61,690 bases of DNA from a virus (Duplodnaviria > Caudoviricetes). Numbering within the stretch: the stretch's first letter is position 1; each line of letters opens with the position of its first letter. The DNA lies in IMG/VR virus record IMGVR_UViG_3300048507_001022, positions 1-61,690 of that record; one strand, 5' to 3'. The notes under the pieces are model-generated. The model was not told the origin of the DNA, did no database searches, and saw only the letters and a list, made by a program, of their open reading frames with translations. The translations under genes and the position numbers were made by a program. Positions 48,445 to 57,118 of the stretch are shown here, in pieces.

Positions 48445-49572
48445 TTAAGCTTGATAAAGCTTTAAACCTTTATCTTTAGTAACCTCAAAAATTAAACTTG
48501 AGGTTACTATCAAGCTATCTCCTATTCCAACAGAAAAGTTCTGAGATCTTAATTGCGCATCTTGAATTGAAAATACAGTTGTATTATCTTTTGTAGTAAA
48601 AGATCCACCTGTATATACTTTATCCAAATGAGATATTGTTAAATCATATGTTGCTGCACGATCAAAAAATTCTTCTACTTGTCCTTCGGAATATTCTCTC
48701 AAGATCATATTTATAGATACGTTACCAATAATAGGTAATTTTAATTTTCTATCAAATACATAATTACTACCAAATCCATAAATACTTTGCCTTTCGATAG
48801 GTAGATCTATGGATATGCTTTGAATCGCGGCATGAATTGATTCAATCGGAGAACCTCCATGCGACCCAAAATTTTTAGTTATATCGATCTCTATATTTCC
48901 AGGTGCTATAGCGCTAGATTGTAAGTCAGATAAACTTTCATTGAAAGAATTTTCGTCTAATGCTATTTGTTCGTTTGAAAATTGATTATCAACACCTAAT
49001 TTAATCGCAGGCATGGTTGGCAAGTCATTTGGATTATATGTATCAAATTTCATATTGCTAGCTTCATAAGCAAAAGAGGTTTCTGGTAAAGCTCCAACTT
49101 GAGCATTATAACCGTAACTACTTAAAAATGCATTTCCAATTCCAACTACATTATATCCTGAAAATTGATTCTCGTCATCAATATGATTCAGATCAGTAAC
49201 CTGAGATTCGTTCGAGGCAATGATAATTATATTAGTATCATCAGTTGACGAAGCATCAAAAAAGTTTTTTAAAACACTATAGTCTTGACCTGTATATAAT
49301 CCAATTAGACTTTCGTTTTCTGCTTGAGAAAATAAGCAACTCACACTACATCCAATATCAGGCTGCCTAATAACAGGAGATTCACCACTCTTTGTCATTA
49401 ATCTGTCAGATCCAACGACCTTAATATCTTGAACAACATTACTAAATTGATAGTCTATACCTTGAACTCGAATTAAACTATTTACAGCACTATTTTCTTT
49501 GTACGCTGGAAAATCAGTAAGTAATACTCCGAGTCTTTCGTAGGATAAGCGGCTGATAGTATTTTGTGCCAT
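48445..49572 (-). CDS. major tail tube paralogue
   Basis: Collinear with 47155..48441 (RVQG, NVVGIGNAFL, VGALP, PGNI, IQSISIDLPI). Confidence 0.75.
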   Translation of the reverse strand: MAQNTISRLSYERLGVLLTDFPAYKENSAVNSLIRVQGIDYQFSNVVQDIKVVGSDRLMTKSGESPVIRQPDIGCSVSCLFSQAENESLIGLYTGQDYSVLKNFFDASSTDDTNIIIIASNESQVTDLNHIDDENQFSGYNVVGIGNAFLSSYGYNAQVGALPETSFAYEASNMKFDTYNPNDLPTMPAIKLGVDNQFSNEQIALDENSFNESLSDLQSSAIAPGNIEIDITKNFGSHGGSPIESIHAAIQSISIDLPIERQSIYGFGSNYVFDRKLKLPIIGNVSINMILREYSEGQVEEFFDRAATYDLTISHLDKVYTGGSFTTKDNTTVFSIQDAQLRSQNFSVGIGDSLIVTSSLIFEVTKDKGLKLYQA

Positions 49573-49623
49573 TAAAGCAATTACACAATTTCTCGTCTTT
49601 ATGTGTAATAAACATTACTCATT
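49573..49623. promoter_or_regulatory. divergent pair of GTGTAAT motifs
   Basis: Minus strand at 49580-49586, plus strand at 49603-49609. Confidence 0.65.
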
Positions 49624-51045
49624 ATGCCAAATAGTAGAATTTCAGATTTAACAGAGAGTGATCTTCTGTATACACAAAATTTTTCATACAATTACTCTTA
49701 CCAAGAACCAGCAATTCCAGAATCTCAAGAAGCAGACTCTTTTCTTCTGATTGCTAGAGAGAAGTCGCATAATGAGAAAATTTCTTTAGATAATTTCAGC
49801 CATTCAATAATTGATAATGCACTGTATCTTACTGGAAATCAACTAGTTAGCGGACATAAAGTATTTAAAGATAAATGCACATTTGAAAAGCAAACAAGAA
49901 TACATAAATTTATTGATGTTACAGAAACAGGAGATATTAGTGGATATATTTTTGGCGGAGCGAGTGGTTTATTTGATAATTTAAACATTGGAGATAAAGA
50001 CTTTCAAAGATCCGTCGCCGGAGATGCTGTATTAAACTTATCTGGCACAGCTCTATTTGATGGATCCTTTACTTTAAGTGGAGATCTATTATTTGGCGGT
50101 ACTTTAAATTTAAATAATAATATTATTTCTGCTGAATTAATTGCAACAGGAACAGCTTCTTTTAATGAAGATGTTTATACAATTGGAAATGTCTTGAGAA
50201 GCGGCAATCTATATCAAACTGGCGATCAAAGCATAGAAGGAGATATGCATATATTTGATGATTTTAGCGGAGTAAATAATATCTACCACTTAGATGACGC
50301 TGATACATTTATAAAATACAATGAAGATAACATTGAAATCACCGCAAGTACAGGCTCAAAGATAAAGTTAGACAACACAATTGAATTGCATACAAATAAT
50401 CAAACCAATTTAAATATAACAGGAGAACATGTTGTTATCGGAGATTCTCAAATAACAGGCAATCTTTCAGCAGGAACTTCATATATAGAAAATTTATATT
50501 CAAAAAATATCAATACATTTGAAAAATTTAATGCGGTATTCGATGAGTCTATGTGTTTTAGAACAAGAATTCCAGCGGAGAGCGACAGATATATCATTCA
50601 ATTCCCAAAAATATTTGAAGCGAAACCTTTAGTTATAGTCTCTTTAGAAAATTCTAACGGCGAAAACATTATGCCTATCTCTATTAGCGATGTAACAGAA
50701 GAGCAATTTATTTTAAATTTAGGAGCAGAAACAGAAACAAATAATTATATCGCTCACACGATCGCTTCGCCGCAATCTAACTCGGTATATTCAACAAATC
50801 CAAATATACAGAAATTTATAACGCCTGTTATAAACACTTCAAATATACAAACTATTTCTTTCCCAAATCCACATTCTTTCATTCCTACATTATCTACTTC
50901 AATAGAAGGCCCAAACAACATAATCCCTTATGTAATATCTGGTGTAAATAATACGAACTACACAATAATTTTTGGATCAGATATAAATTCGCAATATAAT
51001 ATACATACAATATCAACAACAGAAAATAATCAATTTATAGATTAA
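49624..51045 (+). CDS. tail fibre-like protein with duplicated C-terminal beta domain
   Basis: RISDL start, LTGNQLVSGHKVF, Gly-periodic beta repeats, two I.FP..F...P domains. Confidence 0.65.
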   Translation: MPNSRISDLTESDLLYTQNFSYNYSYQEPAIPESQEADSFLLIAREKSHNEKISLDNFSHSIIDNALYLTGNQLVSGHKVFKDKCTFEKQTRIHKFIDVTETGDISGYIFGGASGLFDNLNIGDKDFQRSVAGDAVLNLSGTALFDGSFTLSGDLLFGGTLNLNNNIISAELIATGTASFNEDVYTIGNVLRSGNLYQTGDQSIEGDMHIFDDFSGVNNIYHLDDADTFIKYNEDNIEITASTGSKIKLDNTIELHTNNQTNLNITGEHVVIGDSQITGNLSAGTSYIENLYSKNINTFEKFNAVFDESMCFRTRIPAESDRYIIQFPKIFEAKPLVIVSLENSNGENIMPISISDVTEEQFILNLGAETETNNYIAHTIASPQSNSVYSTNPNIQKFITPVINTSNIQTISFPNPHSFIPTLSTSIEGPNNIIPYVISGVNNTNYTIIFGSDINSQYNIHTISTTENNQFID

Positions 51046-51046
51046 T

Positions 51047-52465
51047 ATGAAAGACAATAGAATATCAAGTTTACCAGAAGTTAGAGCATTATATGCAAAC
51101 ATACCTTCTTTTAGTCTTTCGCCTACCACTCCAATACAATTCGATGATGACGCATTATTTTTGGTTACAAAATCAGGCATAGGCAATGAAAAAATTACAT
51201 ATAAAAATTTAAAATCATCTATTGTTGGCAATACTGTTTCACTGACTGGAGCGCAAATTATAAGTGGAGAAAAAACTTTTGCAGATCCATGCACATTTGA
51301 AGACACAATCTTCATGCATGAAGTAATAGATGTCACAAAAACAGGCGATATTAGCGGAAATATTTTCGTAGCAAACACTGGTTTATTCGAAAACATTGGA
51401 GTTGGCTCGGGATTTGTTGATAAAACAGTGTCTCCAGAATATAATTTGCATGTTATTGGAGATTCTTTTTTTCAAGGAGATATTGTATCTACAGGAAACA
51501 TCTCTTTTCTTGGGGATGTTGCGATTCAAGGAGCATCAATAGAAGGTGGAGACCTTTCTATCACAGGAAATTCATTTTTTAAAGCTGGAACAGTAACTAT
51601 TGGAGACGCTTATCTCTCTGGAAATATGCAACAAACAGGAGATTCTTATATCGATGGAAATGTTAGCATTACAGAAGATCTTTTTGTTGGAGAGAAAATA
51701 GTGCACGAAGGAGATGAAGATACTTTTATTCACTTTACAGATGATAGAATCGCACTGCAAGCAGGTAATGAATCTAAAATCATACTTGAAGAAGCGATAG
51801 AAGATTTCATATCTTTCGAAACGCAAGGAGTTGAAAGAATGAGGTTAAATAATGACGGATTTTTGAGTATAAATTCTCAAGAAGCGCTTGGCGAATTATC
51901 TGTTACTGGATCTGCTTATCTAGAAGATTTATATATTACTGGTCAAAATGGACAATGGGTAAGAGTTGCTCCAGTACCGAAAGATGAATCTGTTAGTTTT
52001 TCTACGAGCTTAGCACAAGGTCAATCTCAACACAAAATAGATTTCCCAAAAACATTTGGAGAAATTCCAGCAATTTCTACTTCAATAATCAACTCTGCAG
52101 GAGGGGCAATTATACCTCATATCGTATCTGGAGTATCCGAAGATTCATATTACATAAATTTTGGCTCAGCATTAAATAGCAATGATTATAGCGTTCATAC
52201 TTTTGCGCGACCAACAGGCTTCTCCTCGGATACAAAAACTAAAATACTTTCTTTTAGAAAGTTCTTGCTTCCACTAGGCGATAGAGTATTTAATATATCA
52301 TTTGATCCGCCTTTCACATCTACTCCTTCTGTATCAGTAACTATTCAAACTGATTCAGAAATTATACCGTATATGCTATCAGGAGTCACAAAAGATTCAT
52401 ACAATATAGTATTTGGCTCAGATATTTCAGAAAATTATACTGTTCATACCCACGCCACAAGATAA
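51047..52465 (+). CDS. tail fibre-like protein, paralogue of 49624..51045
   Basis: RISSL, LTGAQIISGEKTF, IDVTKTGDISG, HEGDEDTFI, ERMRL. Confidence 0.65.
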   Translation: MKDNRISSLPEVRALYANIPSFSLSPTTPIQFDDDALFLVTKSGIGNEKITYKNLKSSIVGNTVSLTGAQIISGEKTFADPCTFEDTIFMHEVIDVTKTGDISGNIFVANTGLFENIGVGSGFVDKTVSPEYNLHVIGDSFFQGDIVSTGNISFLGDVAIQGASIEGGDLSITGNSFFKAGTVTIGDAYLSGNMQQTGDSYIDGNVSITEDLFVGEKIVHEGDEDTFIHFTDDRIALQAGNESKIILEEAIEDFISFETQGVERMRLNNDGFLSINSQEALGELSVTGSAYLEDLYITGQNGQWVRVAPVPKDESVSFSTSLAQGQSQHKIDFPKTFGEIPAISTSIINSAGGAIIPHIVSGVSEDSYYINFGSALNSNDYSVHTFARPTGFSSDTKTKILSFRKFLLPLGDRVFNISFDPPFTSTPSVSVTIQTDSEIIPYMLSGVTKDSYNIVFGSDISENYTVHTHATR

Positions 52466-52468
52466 TTC

Positions 52469-52497
52469 TTGACAAGCTTTGCTTTTCATGCTAGAAT
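52469..52497 (+). promoter_or_regulatory. sigma70-type promoter, leaderless
   Basis: TTGACA-17 nt-TAGAAT with extended TG, then 7 nt, then ATG 52505. Confidence 0.8.
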
Positions 52498-52504
52498 ATT
52501 TAGT

Positions 52505-53044
52505 ATGAAGAATCTACTATATAAAACTAAATGTTATCTCGTTGGGCATATGCAATATGTCAGCGGAAGAAATTGGCGTGAAGAAGTTGCAGAAAAACTC
52601 GCGCCATTAAGCATTACTTGTTTTGATCCCTACAAAAAACCTTTTATAAAGGATGTAGAAGAAGATGAAGCTAATCGCCAAGAAATGGAAACTTGGATGA
52701 GAACAAAGCAATACGACAGAGTCACAGATAGAATGAAAACAGTGAGAGCCTATGATTTAAATCTAGTAGACAGAAGCGATTTTATTATTGCTCATCTTGT
52801 GCCCGAAGTGGCGAGTTGGGGAAGCGCTGAAGAAATAGTCACAGCGGTTAGAGAAAAAAAACCCGTATTTGTGAGTATGGAGGGTGGAAAAGCTAAGACT
52901 CCACTATGGATGCTTGGCATGTTTCCGCATAAATATATTTATAACAGTGTTGAAGAAATTATAGAAATGCTTTTTGCAATCGACGACGGAAATAAACCTA
53001 TCGACTCAGACAGATGGAGATTATTAAGGAAGGAGTTTAGATGA
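52505..53044 (+). CDS. nucleoside 2-deoxyribosyltransferase-like protein (start revised from 52469)
   Basis: YLVGHM....WR, FDP, DL..VDRSDFII, SWGSAEE. Confidence 0.75.
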   Translation: MKNLLYKTKCYLVGHMQYVSGRNWREEVAEKLAPLSITCFDPYKKPFIKDVEEDEANRQEMETWMRTKQYDRVTDRMKTVRAYDLNLVDRSDFIIAHLVPEVASWGSAEEIVTAVREKKPVFVSMEGGKAKTPLWMLGMFPHKYIYNSVEEIIEMLFAIDDGNKPIDSDRWRLLRKEFR

Positions 53045-53163
53045 TAGAAGCTCTAGCATCATCATATTTTGAATTTTTCACTGGAGACTTTTTAGTTTTT
53101 GGTTTCGTTGGATACATCGTTTGGCATTTTAGAAAGAAAGAAGACGAAGATTTTTATGAGTAA
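53041..53163 (+). CDS. 40-aa single-pass membrane peptide (not in ORF track)
   Basis: MIEALASSYFEFFTGDFLVFGFVGYIVWHFRKKEDEDFYE; overlaps both neighbouring genes. Confidence 0.6.
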   Translation: MIEALASSYFEFFTGDFLVFGFVGYIVWHFRKKEDEDFYE

Positions 53164-54130
53164 ACAACTAAAATACTCTGATGTTGTATTAATACCTAAT
53201 TATAGTGAGTGCAATAGTCGCGCAGAGTGCGATACAAGTGTTGATGTTTTAGGCAAAAAATACAAGTTACCAATCATTCCTGCAAACATGAAATCCGTTA
53301 TCGACATGAATTTATCTAAATGGATGAGTGATAATGATTATTTTTATATCATGCATAGGTTTGATAACGATTTAGCAGAAGAAGTCGCTATTGCAAATTC
53401 AGAAAACTGGAAAACAATTTCATTTAGTATAGGCATTCAAGACTCAGATAAAGATAAGATTTTAAAAATTAAAAAACGCGGACACAGAATAGATTATCTC
53501 ACAATAGATATTGCTCACGGTCATTCAAAAAACATGATTGATATGATTAAATTTATTAAAGATACATTACCTGATACAAAAATTATTGCAGGTAATGTAG
53601 CGACAAAGCAAGCAGTCATAGATTTAGCTGGGGCGGGAGCAGATATTGTAAAGGTTGGAATCGGCCAAGGCTCTCCTTGCACAACAAAAGACAAAACTGG
53701 GTTCACGCTACCAATGTTTAGTTGTTCAGAAGCTTGTAGCAATATTTATATCGGAGAGAATGAAGACGATTTACAAAAAGTTCCAATTATTGCGGATGGA
53801 GGAATTGGATGTAATGGAGATATCGCGAAAGCGATTGTAGCGGGAGCAAACATGGTAATGGCAGGAGGTTTATTTGCGAGTTGCTCAGATAGTCCTGCAA
53901 CACTTGTGCAAATTAACGGGGAGTACCACAAAGCTTATTTTGGATCAGCGAGTTATGAAAGCAAAAAACATCGAAACCATATAGAAGGCAAATTAAATAA
54001 GTTAAAGAATAACGGAATGACGTATTCTCATAAATTAAAAGAGATCGAACAAGACCTGCAAAGCGCAATTTCATATGCTGGAGGTTTAGATTTAAAGGTG
54101 TTAAATAATGTTTCATATCTTAAAGTATGA
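53156..54130 (+). CDS. guaC: GMP reductase (start revised from 53099)
   Basis: PANM, YIMHRF, IDIAHGHS, KVGIGQGSPCTT, IIADGGI, YFGSAS, LQSAISYAG; no CBS domains. Confidence 0.88.
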   Translation: MSKQLKYSDVVLIPNYSECNSRAECDTSVDVLGKKYKLPIIPANMKSVIDMNLSKWMSDNDYFYIMHRFDNDLAEEVAIANSENWKTISFSIGIQDSDKDKILKIKKRGHRIDYLTIDIAHGHSKNMIDMIKFIKDTLPDTKIIAGNVATKQAVIDLAGAGADIVKVGIGQGSPCTTKDKTGFTLPMFSCSEACSNIYIGENEDDLQKVPIIADGGIGCNGDIAKAIVAGANMVMAGGLFASCSDSPATLVQINGEYHKAYFGSASYESKKHRNHIEGKLNKLKNNGMTYSHKLKEIEQDLQSAISYAGGLDLKVLNNVSYLKV

Positions 54131-54660
54131 TTAAAGAAATAACCGACATAGATTCTTTTGATAAAGCTGTAGAAGAATGGAATAACGATACAAATCTTTC
54201 TTTTTGGCAAGAGCTAGGGGTCGAACAAAAACATAATTTTAATGCAGACTCTATAGAAACGAGATTCAGGCTTATGTTCTTGCAAAGTCTAACGAACCCA
54301 AAACAAGAAGAAAAAATTAAACTATGGTCTTACGAAGAAGATGGAAAAAGCATAGCTGGATGCGCTTTCTCGGAGAACTATAACTTTCTTATGGGAGAAA
54401 ATGTTCTACAAGAAATGTTATGGCAATTCAATGGTAAATTCGCAAAGACTTACAAAGAAGTAAAAATATTAAATCTTTTATTAAAACATGCTGAAGAATA
54501 TGCTCGATCTAAAAAATTAGATTCAATTATTATTGGCAGAGACCCAAGATTGCACAAACCATTTATGAATAACAAGATAGAAATCAAAAATTACTATACA
54601 AACCAAGACTATACAGCATTTAGTGTGTTTTATATTAAATCTTTGAAAAATAAATCTTGA
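54127..54660 (+). CDS. GNAT-fold-like protein
   Basis: LLLKHAEEYAR...IKNYYTNQDY pattern. Confidence 0.45.
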   Translation: MIKEITDIDSFDKAVEEWNNDTNLSFWQELGVEQKHNFNADSIETRFRLMFLQSLTNPKQEEKIKLWSYEEDGKSIAGCAFSENYNFLMGENVLQEMLWQFNGKFAKTYKEVKILNLLLKHAEEYARSKKLDSIIIGRDPRLHKPFMNNKIEIKNYYTNQDYTAFSVFYIKSLKNKS

Positions 54661-54685
54661 CATTATTGACTTTATATACTATAAT
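54657..54685 (+). promoter_or_regulatory. sigma70-type promoter, leaderless
   Basis: TTGACA-17 nt-TATAAT (perfect consensus), then 7 nt, then ATG 54693. Confidence 0.88.
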
Positions 54686-54692
54686 CAATCAC

Positions 54693-54869
54693 ATGAACGG
54701 TAAAACATCTAAACAAATTAGAAAAATTTTAAACTTTGACCCGAACAGTTCGGAATCAACACAAAAGCGAGTTTATTCTCGCGCTAAAAAACAATATAAT
54801 AAACTTAGTAAAGCAGCTAGACCTGTATTTTTACAAGAGCTACAAAACCTATACAATCAATCAAATTAA
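54693..54869 (+). CDS. small basic hypothetical protein (start revised from 54657)
   Basis: MNGKTSKQIRK...; ATG at the predicted +1. Confidence 0.65.
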   Translation: MNGKTSKQIRKILNFDPNSSESTQKRVYSRAKKQYNKLSKAARPVFLQELQNLYNQSN

Positions 54870-54871
54870 TT

Positions 54872-55237
54872 ATGAGTAATCAAACAAACGATAACCAAGA
54901 ATCAAAGTGGCGCAGTAGAGAGCTTGGAGCTCTTTGGGTGCGAAGCGGTAAAAATCAAAAGTACCTATCAGGTACAGTAAACATCGAAACGATGCCAGGC
55001 GTAACAGAAGCTCTAAAAGTTGTTGTTTTCACCAACAAGGGTCGAGACAAAAATGAAAGAGCTCCTGATTATGTTATTTACCGATCAGAAGATCAACAGC
55101 AAGACGTTGGAGCGGTCGCTCAACAAGCAGCGCAAGAAGTTCAATCTTCTCAATCTACAGAGGTTACTGCGCAAGCAGAAGCTTCCGCCCAAGCAAAAGT
55201 ATCAAAGGATGAAGACATTCCTGAGGAGCTTTTCTAA
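54872..55237 (+). CDS. DUF736-like putative ssDNA-binding protein
   Basis: LGALW......YLSG, N.RAPDY; acidic tail DEDIPEELF. Confidence 0.6.
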   Translation: MSNQTNDNQESKWRSRELGALWVRSGKNQKYLSGTVNIETMPGVTEALKVVVFTNKGRDKNERAPDYVIYRSEDQQQDVGAVAQQAAQEVQSSQSTEVTAQAEASAQAKVSKDEDIPEELF

Positions 55238-55249
55238 TAAAAGTTAAAA

Positions 55250-55435
55250 ATGGAGAAACAATTCTGGCATAGCAAAAAGTTCTGGGCAGCGTTAATTGCT
55301 GCGGGTGTACCTGCTCTAAATCACTTTTTAGACTTAGGAATGACTCAAGATATTGTCACACAAATTGTAGGGCCAATCGTGGCTTATATTTTAGGGCAAG
55401 GTCTTGCGGATCTAGGCAAGAATAAAAACAATTGA
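55250..55435 (+). CDS. holin-like small membrane protein
   Basis: SKKFW, two hydrophobic segments, YILGQGLAD. Confidence 0.55.
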   Translation: MEKQFWHSKKFWAALIAAGVPALNHFLDLGMTQDIVTQIVGPIVAYILGQGLADLGKNKNN

Positions 55436-55450
55436 TCTTTAACAGTTTAT

Positions 55451-55817
55451 GGGCGTGTACTGGATTCGATTTAAATTGAATTTGTATACTGCAAGTAGGA
55501 GTGTGTCTGGCTCCTAAAAAAGGCACAAAAAATTACATGGCAAAAATCTTAGTCGTGTCGAAAGCTTCGCTCCAAAAAGCGAAGTTTTCGCTTTGGCAGC
55601 ATAACGTCTGTCACCTCGCACCTCTTGACGCAGATAGAGAGATTGCGGGGTCATCAATCTGCAAAACAGAAAAAGTTTTCTTGAATCACAAACTGTAAAT
55701 AATTGAAACAAGAAGTTGGATGTTAATATCATAACTATAAAAAAAATTAACTAAACTTGTAGATGTATATTATTGAAGATTTAAAGACGCGAGAATCGAA
55801 GCTCGCCGCGTCCACCA
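55451..55817 (+). ncRNA. ssrA: tmRNA
   Basis: Acceptor stem GGGCGTG/CGCGTCC with G3-U70 and ACCA end; GGATTCGA; pk1 (TAGGAG/CTCCTA, GTGTCT/AGGCAC); tag frame 55539-55604 GKNLSRVESFAPKSEVFALAA*. Confidence 0.95.
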
Positions 55818-55830
55818 TTTTTTAATAAAA

Positions 55831-55980
55831 ATGAAAAACTTAAAAACTCTAAAGAAAAAAATATATAAACTCAATGTTCTTAGAAAAAGCTCTGAGCGCT
55901 CGCTAAAACTAGCGAAGGCTCATCTCGCAAAATATAAAAGAAAAAATAAAATTGAGCGCAACCAAAAAAATAATTTTTAG
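55831..55980 (+). CDS. 49-aa very basic peptide (not in ORF track)
   Basis: MKNLKTLKKKIYKLNVLRKSSERSLKLAKAHLAKYKRKNKIERNQKNNF. Confidence 0.45.
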   Translation: MKNLKTLKKKIYKLNVLRKSSERSLKLAKAHLAKYKRKNKIERNQKNNF

Positions 55981-56398
55981 AAAATCCGCAAGAATACCTT
56001 TTTATGAAATTTTAGATAAGTTTCATGAAAATTTTGTAGATTGCTTTCTATTAACAGGCGTAACAAAAAATAACGCTGATCTAGAAGAAATACCATTTAC
56101 AAAACATCCAGACTATTCATTAGATTTCTATAAAATTTTAGTAGGTGGACTTAAAAAGTTTAAGCCATCGCTTGTATGTAGATTGCAAGAAGAAAAATAT
56201 TTAGAGCTTGAATGTTTATATTATAATTTTGGAGAATACGAAGGAGAAAATCAAGTGTACATGATACAAAATGTTATGAATTGGACTAATAAAAATGATT
56301 TTTGTTGCCAAGTATGCAATCTTTCATTGCGAGATATTGATCTAATAGAAACATTCTGGACTTCTTCGAAGCTTCATGGCTTTACAAAATACGAATGA
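55952..56398 (+). CDS. hypothetical protein
   Basis: 148-aa ORF coupled to the next gene by ATGA. Confidence 0.55.
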   Translation: MSATKKIIFRKSARIPFYEILDKFHENFVDCFLLTGVTKNNADLEEIPFTKHPDYSLDFYKILVGGLKKFKPSLVCRLQEEKYLELECLYYNFGEYEGENQVYMIQNVMNWTNKNDFCCQVCNLSLRDIDLIETFWTSSKLHGFTKYE

Positions 56399-56589
56399 GT
56401 TCAAGACAAGAAAGAAGAGAACCGTGGAAACTTTCTTATCAAAAACGGAAGAGTGTTTCTAAAAAATTCAAAGACACAGAAATTGAAATACAAAAAGCAA
56501 AACAATCTCAAGATTGGACAAAAGTTAAAAGATTAAAATATATATTAAGAAAAGTATGGTGGGGAATAAAAAGATATAAAAATAAATGA
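56395..56589 (+). CDS. small basic hypothetical protein
   Basis: ATGA overlaps at both ends. Confidence 0.6.
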   Translation: MSSRQERREPWKLSYQKRKSVSKKFKDTEIEIQKAKQSQDWTKVKRLKYILRKVWWGIKRYKNK

Positions 56590-56888
56590 AATTATTAAAA
56601 ATAATAAAAGATTTTTTCTTTAAAACAAAACAAAAGAAAGCAAACTTTTCAGTTTTATTTTTGACCGCGCTCAAAGATCAAATTCATTTTAAAAAAATTG
56701 ACAACAAGAGCGTCCCCGAAGAACTCTCAGCGCAAGAATGGAATAAAATTTTAGACAAGATCTGGTATGCGTTTGCGGCATTAGATAGAGGTTCAATTTT
56801 AAAATCGCCTCGAAAACGAAAGCTTAGAGAAGCGAATATCAACGAGGGTATGGAACTATTTAAAAAATATTACAAACAATTAAAATAA
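56586..56888 (+). CDS. hypothetical protein
   Basis: EWNKILDKI..AF...EGMELFKKYY, a pattern seen in phage proteins. Confidence 0.6.
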   Translation: MKLLKIIKDFFFKTKQKKANFSVLFLTALKDQIHFKKIDNKSVPEELSAQEWNKILDKIWYAFAALDRGSILKSPRKRKLREANINEGMELFKKYYKQLK

Positions 56889-56890
56889 TT

Positions 56891-57085
56891 ATGACCGACG
56901 AAGAACACGAAGAAATCGAAGACGATGACGATGAATATGAAATGACTTTTGATCCAGACGAAGCATTGATCTTGGCTGTTAATGAAGTGAATGAACTTAA
57001 AGATTTAGTTGAAGATCAAAAGAGTGAAATAGAAAAGCTCAAAGGGGACGTATCTTTTCTTCTTAAAAATTATAAAAAGCCTTGA
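56891..57085 (+). CDS. small acidic coiled-coil protein
   Basis: D/E-rich N-terminus, heptad-patterned C-terminus. Confidence 0.6.
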   Translation: MTDEEHEEIEDDDDEYEMTFDPDEALILAVNEVNELKDLVEDQKSEIEKLKGDVSFLLKNYKKP

Positions 57086-57110
57086 CATTATATATTTTCT
57101 ATGGCATAAT
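57082..57110 (+). promoter_or_regulatory. sigma70-type promoter, near-leaderless
   Basis: TTGACA-17 nt-CATAAT with extended TG, then 8 nt, then ATG 57119. Confidence 0.8.
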
Positions 57111-57118
57111 AGTGTCAT

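Noticed and set aside
55501-55732. ORFs 55501..55698(+) and 55514..55732(-)
   Set aside because: They lie inside the tmRNA; the meaningful frame is the tag at 55539-55604
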